DNA of 62,922 bases, counting the filler, from Octopus bimaculoides (lineage: Eukaryota), in assembly GCF_001194135.2 (NCBI RefSeq). It is 9 parts of 9 records of this genome, joined end to end, with 100 filler letters (N's around TTAATTAATTAA, not from the genome) between each part and the next. Parts side by side here need not be neighbours in the genome. Positions count along the whole stretch, not along the records: positions 59,331 to 60,686 come from NW_026336893.1; positions 60,787 to 62,922 come from NW_026410173.1; 7 more parts are not named here. One strand, 5' to 3'. Positions 59,368 through 62,922 of the stretch are shown piece by piece. The notes under the pieces were generated by a model that searched no databases, was not told the origin of the DNA, and worked only from the letters and a program-made list of their open reading frames with translations. Numbering within the stretch: the first letter of the stretch is position 1; each line of letters opens with the position of its first letter. A program made the translations under genes and the position numbers.

Positions 59368-59914
59368 CAATTATAGAAAATTAAGGAGAAAAGATGTTGA
59401 ATCAAGGTTAGATTTAATACAAAATAGGATTCAAACCATACGCGCGTTTGAAAGGACAATACAAATATGTATGAAAAAAATTATAACCATAGAAATTATA
59501 TTTGAATTTATATATTGTCATTTTAATCAGTGTGAGGAATTTTAGAAAGACATCAAAAAAGGTTTAATAAAATAAATTAAAATAAGATACAATAAGGGAG
59601 AATACAAAGAGAGCAATAGGGAAAAAAATCGGATATTTACAAGCAAGTTGTAAAAGGGAAAAATGACAGTAATAACAATAGTAAGAGAGACGAAAGAGAA
59701 AAAGAGACATATCAATGTGTATGCATGTTTATATGTGCGGTAAAACTATAACATAAGAATAAGAATAAAAATCTAACGGATATGTTTATAAAAATGGTAA
59801 CAGGTCGAGACAAAGTATAATAAACAGGGCCACGTGTGTATAGTAGAATATAACGTAACAGGTGGACTAGTAGAAGAGAACCATAGAGAGTTATACATAT
59901 TAATATTGAAAAAC

Positions 59915-59952
<38 letters not shown>

Positions 59953-60686
59953 CACACCGGGCTAAAAAGTGATGGGCAAGACTGAAAAATGTCACAATAT
60001 TTAAGTAAAAATGTACATACATGAAAAGAAAAAAACTTAAAGGGAACTTAACCAGGAAAAAACATCGATCATAGACAAGACCGGCCGGTGTGTTCAAGAT
60101 AGTTACCTTACTCAAAAACTAGCCCGGGGTAGGGGAGACAATCAGAAAAAAGTAGGAGCAAAAAACGAATATATGAAGGAGAAAATTGTTATAAAATTAC
60201 AAGTGATAGAAAAAACTTAACACATAAGGATATACAGTCATACACATATACATACATACACACATACACAACACACAAATATATACACACGCACATACAC
60301 ATACCGCACATATAGACGTGCATACACATTGATATGTCTGTCTTTTTTCTCTTTCGTCTCTCTTACTATTATTATTACTGTTATTTTTTCCCTTTTACAA
60401 CTTGCTTGTAAATATCCAATTTTTTCCCTATTGCCCTATTTGTAGTCTCCCTTATTGTATATTATTTTAATTTACTTTACTTTGTCAGACCTTTTTTGAT
60501 GTCCTTACGAAAATTCCTCACACTGATTAAAATGACAATGCATAAATTTAATTATAATTACTTTGATTATAATTTTTTCTTACATATTTACATTGTCCTT
60601 TGAAACGCGTATATGTATTGAATCGTATTTTGTATCAAATCTAATTTTAATTCAACATCTTTTTCTCCTCCATTTTTCTATAATTG
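59368..60686. repeat. Long inverted repeat: ~360-bp arms (59368-59725, 60319-60686) around a ~590-bp spacer
   Basis: CAATTATAGAAAA..GGAGAAAAGATGTTGAAT...GACATATCAATGTGTATGCA and its diverged reverse complement. Confidence 0.9.
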
Positions 60687-60786
60687 NNNNNNNNNNNNNN
60701 NNNNNNNNNNNNNNNNNNNNNNNNNNNNNNTTAATTAATTAANNNNNNNNNNNNNNNNNNNNNNNNNNNNNNNNNNNNNNNNNNNN

Positions 60787-61080
60787 TGCTTCTACTCTCA
60801 CCTTGGAAGTCTTTCTTCCAAGGTATGTGGGCAGAACCACTACTTCCTCTGTTTTCACCGCCACACTCGCCAGCCTCCTCACCTCCTCTACTTTGCTAAA
60901 CTGGACGACCATTGTCCAATATCTTCTTCCTTTGGTTATGTACGTTATCTCCTTTGATTGTTCCCTCAGTGCCTTTTCCACTTCTGCCTTCACTTGTTCT
61001 GTCTTTTTTCCTTTCAGCGAGTACACCTTATAGGCGATCATTTTCTTCTCCATCCTCTCCATAATTCCTTTCCATAATCC
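60787..61080 (-). mobile_element. Possible LINE ORF1 (L1/Tx1-like, RRM-type) fragment
   Basis: AYKVYSLKG...VVQFSKVEEVRRLA...VVVLPTYLGRKTSKVRVEA resembles ORF1 N-termini; cut by a gap. Confidence 0.4.
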
Positions 61081-62227
61081 CGTGAAAGTCTGAGTACATC
61101 TAAGCAACACAAAAAAAAACTACATCTGACACTTACAAAATCCAGACAGCAAACAACCCGACACATGCACAGAAGCANNNNNNNNNNNNNNNNNNCACGC
61201 CTGTGCCAATATATACACCAAAATGTCATTTTACTTTACACTTGCTCTGTAAACTAAACAACATTGAAACAATTTAAAAACAAACATTATGGGAAAATCT
61301 TTCTCCTGTTGCTGGGTCATTCTCATAAATTTGAACTCCCTTAACATTTTATTGTTTTATTAGCAATGGGTATGCAGTAATTTTGAAAATAGCTCATGAT
61401 TTTAAGACCACACACTGCATAGTTATGGGTTGCCCTTTGGCAAGGTATAGTCCCCTTTCAGCCATCCTGCAAGGGATACAGTGAAATCATGGGGCTGCAG
61501 CATGGTGGATTGTGAAGAGGTAACAGAAGAGCTCAACTAAGCCAAAGGTGCTTCTTACATTGATCCTGGGTGGAGGAGTCCTAGAAGGTCAGAGGTCANN
61601 NNNNNNNNGCTTCTTACATTGATCCTGGGTGGAGGAGTCCTAGAAGGTCAGAGGTCAGGATCGCCAAGCTCTGTCAAGAGAGTAACTGCAATACAACCAT
61701 AGGGGTGGCATCCATGGTTGTGGAATCAGCGGATGAAANNNNNNNNNNAATACAACCATAGGGGTGGCATCCATGGTTGTGGAATCAGCGGATGAAAGAT
61801 TCATTATGGCTCAAGTTCCCAATTCGAATTCATAATAATGGAATTGGATGGTGACAGGGTGTCATGGGAATCAGCAAACACAGTATGACCAACCAATTAG
61901 TAAGCACGCAAAAAAGCAATCAGTCAGTCACACTTGGTTAGCTTTATATGTTCTGGAGTGTTAGCTACTGCAACATCAGACTACGTACATAGCAATTCTG
62001 TAATTTCTTAAAGAATAATAATTCATTCTACAAATTCAATTCTCTTGTTAATTCCCATCAGTTGNNNNNNNNNNNNNNNNNNNNNNNNNNNNNNNNNNNN
62101 NNNNNNNNNNNNNNNNNNNNNNNNNNNNNNNNNNNNNNNNNNNNNNNNNNNNNATCATTAGAACTCACATTGTCATCTTTAAAAATCCATAATGAATCAA
62201 TGAGACAAAATGAAAATTATTATGGTA

Positions 62228-62385
62228 CAGGTGTGGCTGTGTGGTAGGGAGATTGCTTCTTAACCACATGGTTCCGGGTTCAGTCCCACTGCATGGCACA
62301 TTGTGCAAGTGTCTTCTACTACAGCTTCAAGCCAACTGAAGCATTGTGAGTAGGCCTGGTAGATGTAAACTGAAAGAAGCCCATC
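62228..62385 (+). mobile_element. SINE A head half
   Basis: CAGGTGTGGCTGTGTGG...AACCACATGGTTCCGGGTTCAGTCCCACTG...AACTGAAAGAAGCCC. Confidence 0.85.
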
Positions 62386-62922
62386 TTATATATAAATTCA
62401 AANNNNNNNNNNNNNNNNNNNNNNNNNNNNNNNNNNNNNNNNNNNNNNNNNNNNNNNNNNNNNNNNNNNNNNNNNNNNNNNNNNNNNNTATATATATATA
62501 TATATATATATATAATTATATAACAACAGATGGATAATATGTCAATTCACTACAGCTGTTTCCAACAAATTTTCAATTAATTGATTAATGGGGACATCAC
62601 ATCATTAGAAACATTACAATTCGTTGGAAACAGCTGTAGGGAATTGACACATTATTCATCTGTTGTTATTCATTTATTATTCACCCCTCTCAGAACCTGC
62701 TCCTTGCATAGATACAAAGTATATTATGGACCATATATTTAGTACAATGTGTGTTTCTTGATTTGCTTCAGGGCTATTGATATGCTCAGTCGGGTACAGT
62801 CAATTGTATACATAACCTTGTATACAAGGTTATGTATAGTTGCTTGTACTTTGGTACCCATGTATGTATTCCTCTATTTTTACTGTGTACACATTTTACT
62901 TTTCTGACCCAACCCAATGCCT

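Noticed and set aside
19691-60742. Exact TTAATTAATTAA islands at 19691, 40501, 46442, 49995, 53635, 56119, 59275 and 60731
   Set aside because: Always embedded between N runs and carrying stops in all six frames: an assembly gap spacer, not biology. It also means contig order across these points is uncertain.
61549-61800. Exact ~50-bp duplications either side of 10-N gaps (also 29180-29330)
   Set aside because: Typical unmerged contig overlaps
731-62385. tRNA gene calls from A/B-box heads
   Set aside because: Each head continues into a SINE body; no complete cloverleaf with acceptor stem and Pol III terminator seen

Overview
AT-rich, gapped animal genomic DNA. The SINE and LINE families look cephalopod, most consistent with an Octopus draft assembly (inference). 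One complete gene is present: a DUF229 / alkaline-phosphatase-superfamily protein at 2077-4041, with an intronless CDS behind a 5'UTR intron. Scattered spliceosomal exons are also visible: an ankyrin-repeat exon resembling the Patsas/ankyrin-DHHC palmitoyltransferase family (26490-26623), an in-frame plus-strand exon pair of unknown product (40710-41551), and minus-strand exons of a second unknown gene (44559-44815, probably 54646-54816). The rest is mostly mobile DNA: at least seven R4/Dong-type LINE pieces (one near full length) often next to triplet microsatellites, Penelope-like fragments, a CR1-type RT fragment, hAT, mariner and Helentron-type relics, and several tRNA-derived SINE families. 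The most interesting signals are an intact minimal hammerhead ribozyme core in a foldback (38336-38443), a structured direct-repeat pair (6781-7277), inverted SINEs bracketing an in-frame two-exon cassette, and two hAT MITEs stacked at one target site. I found no CRISPR array, rRNA or bona fide tRNA gene. Repeat boundaries were read by eye and are approximate.
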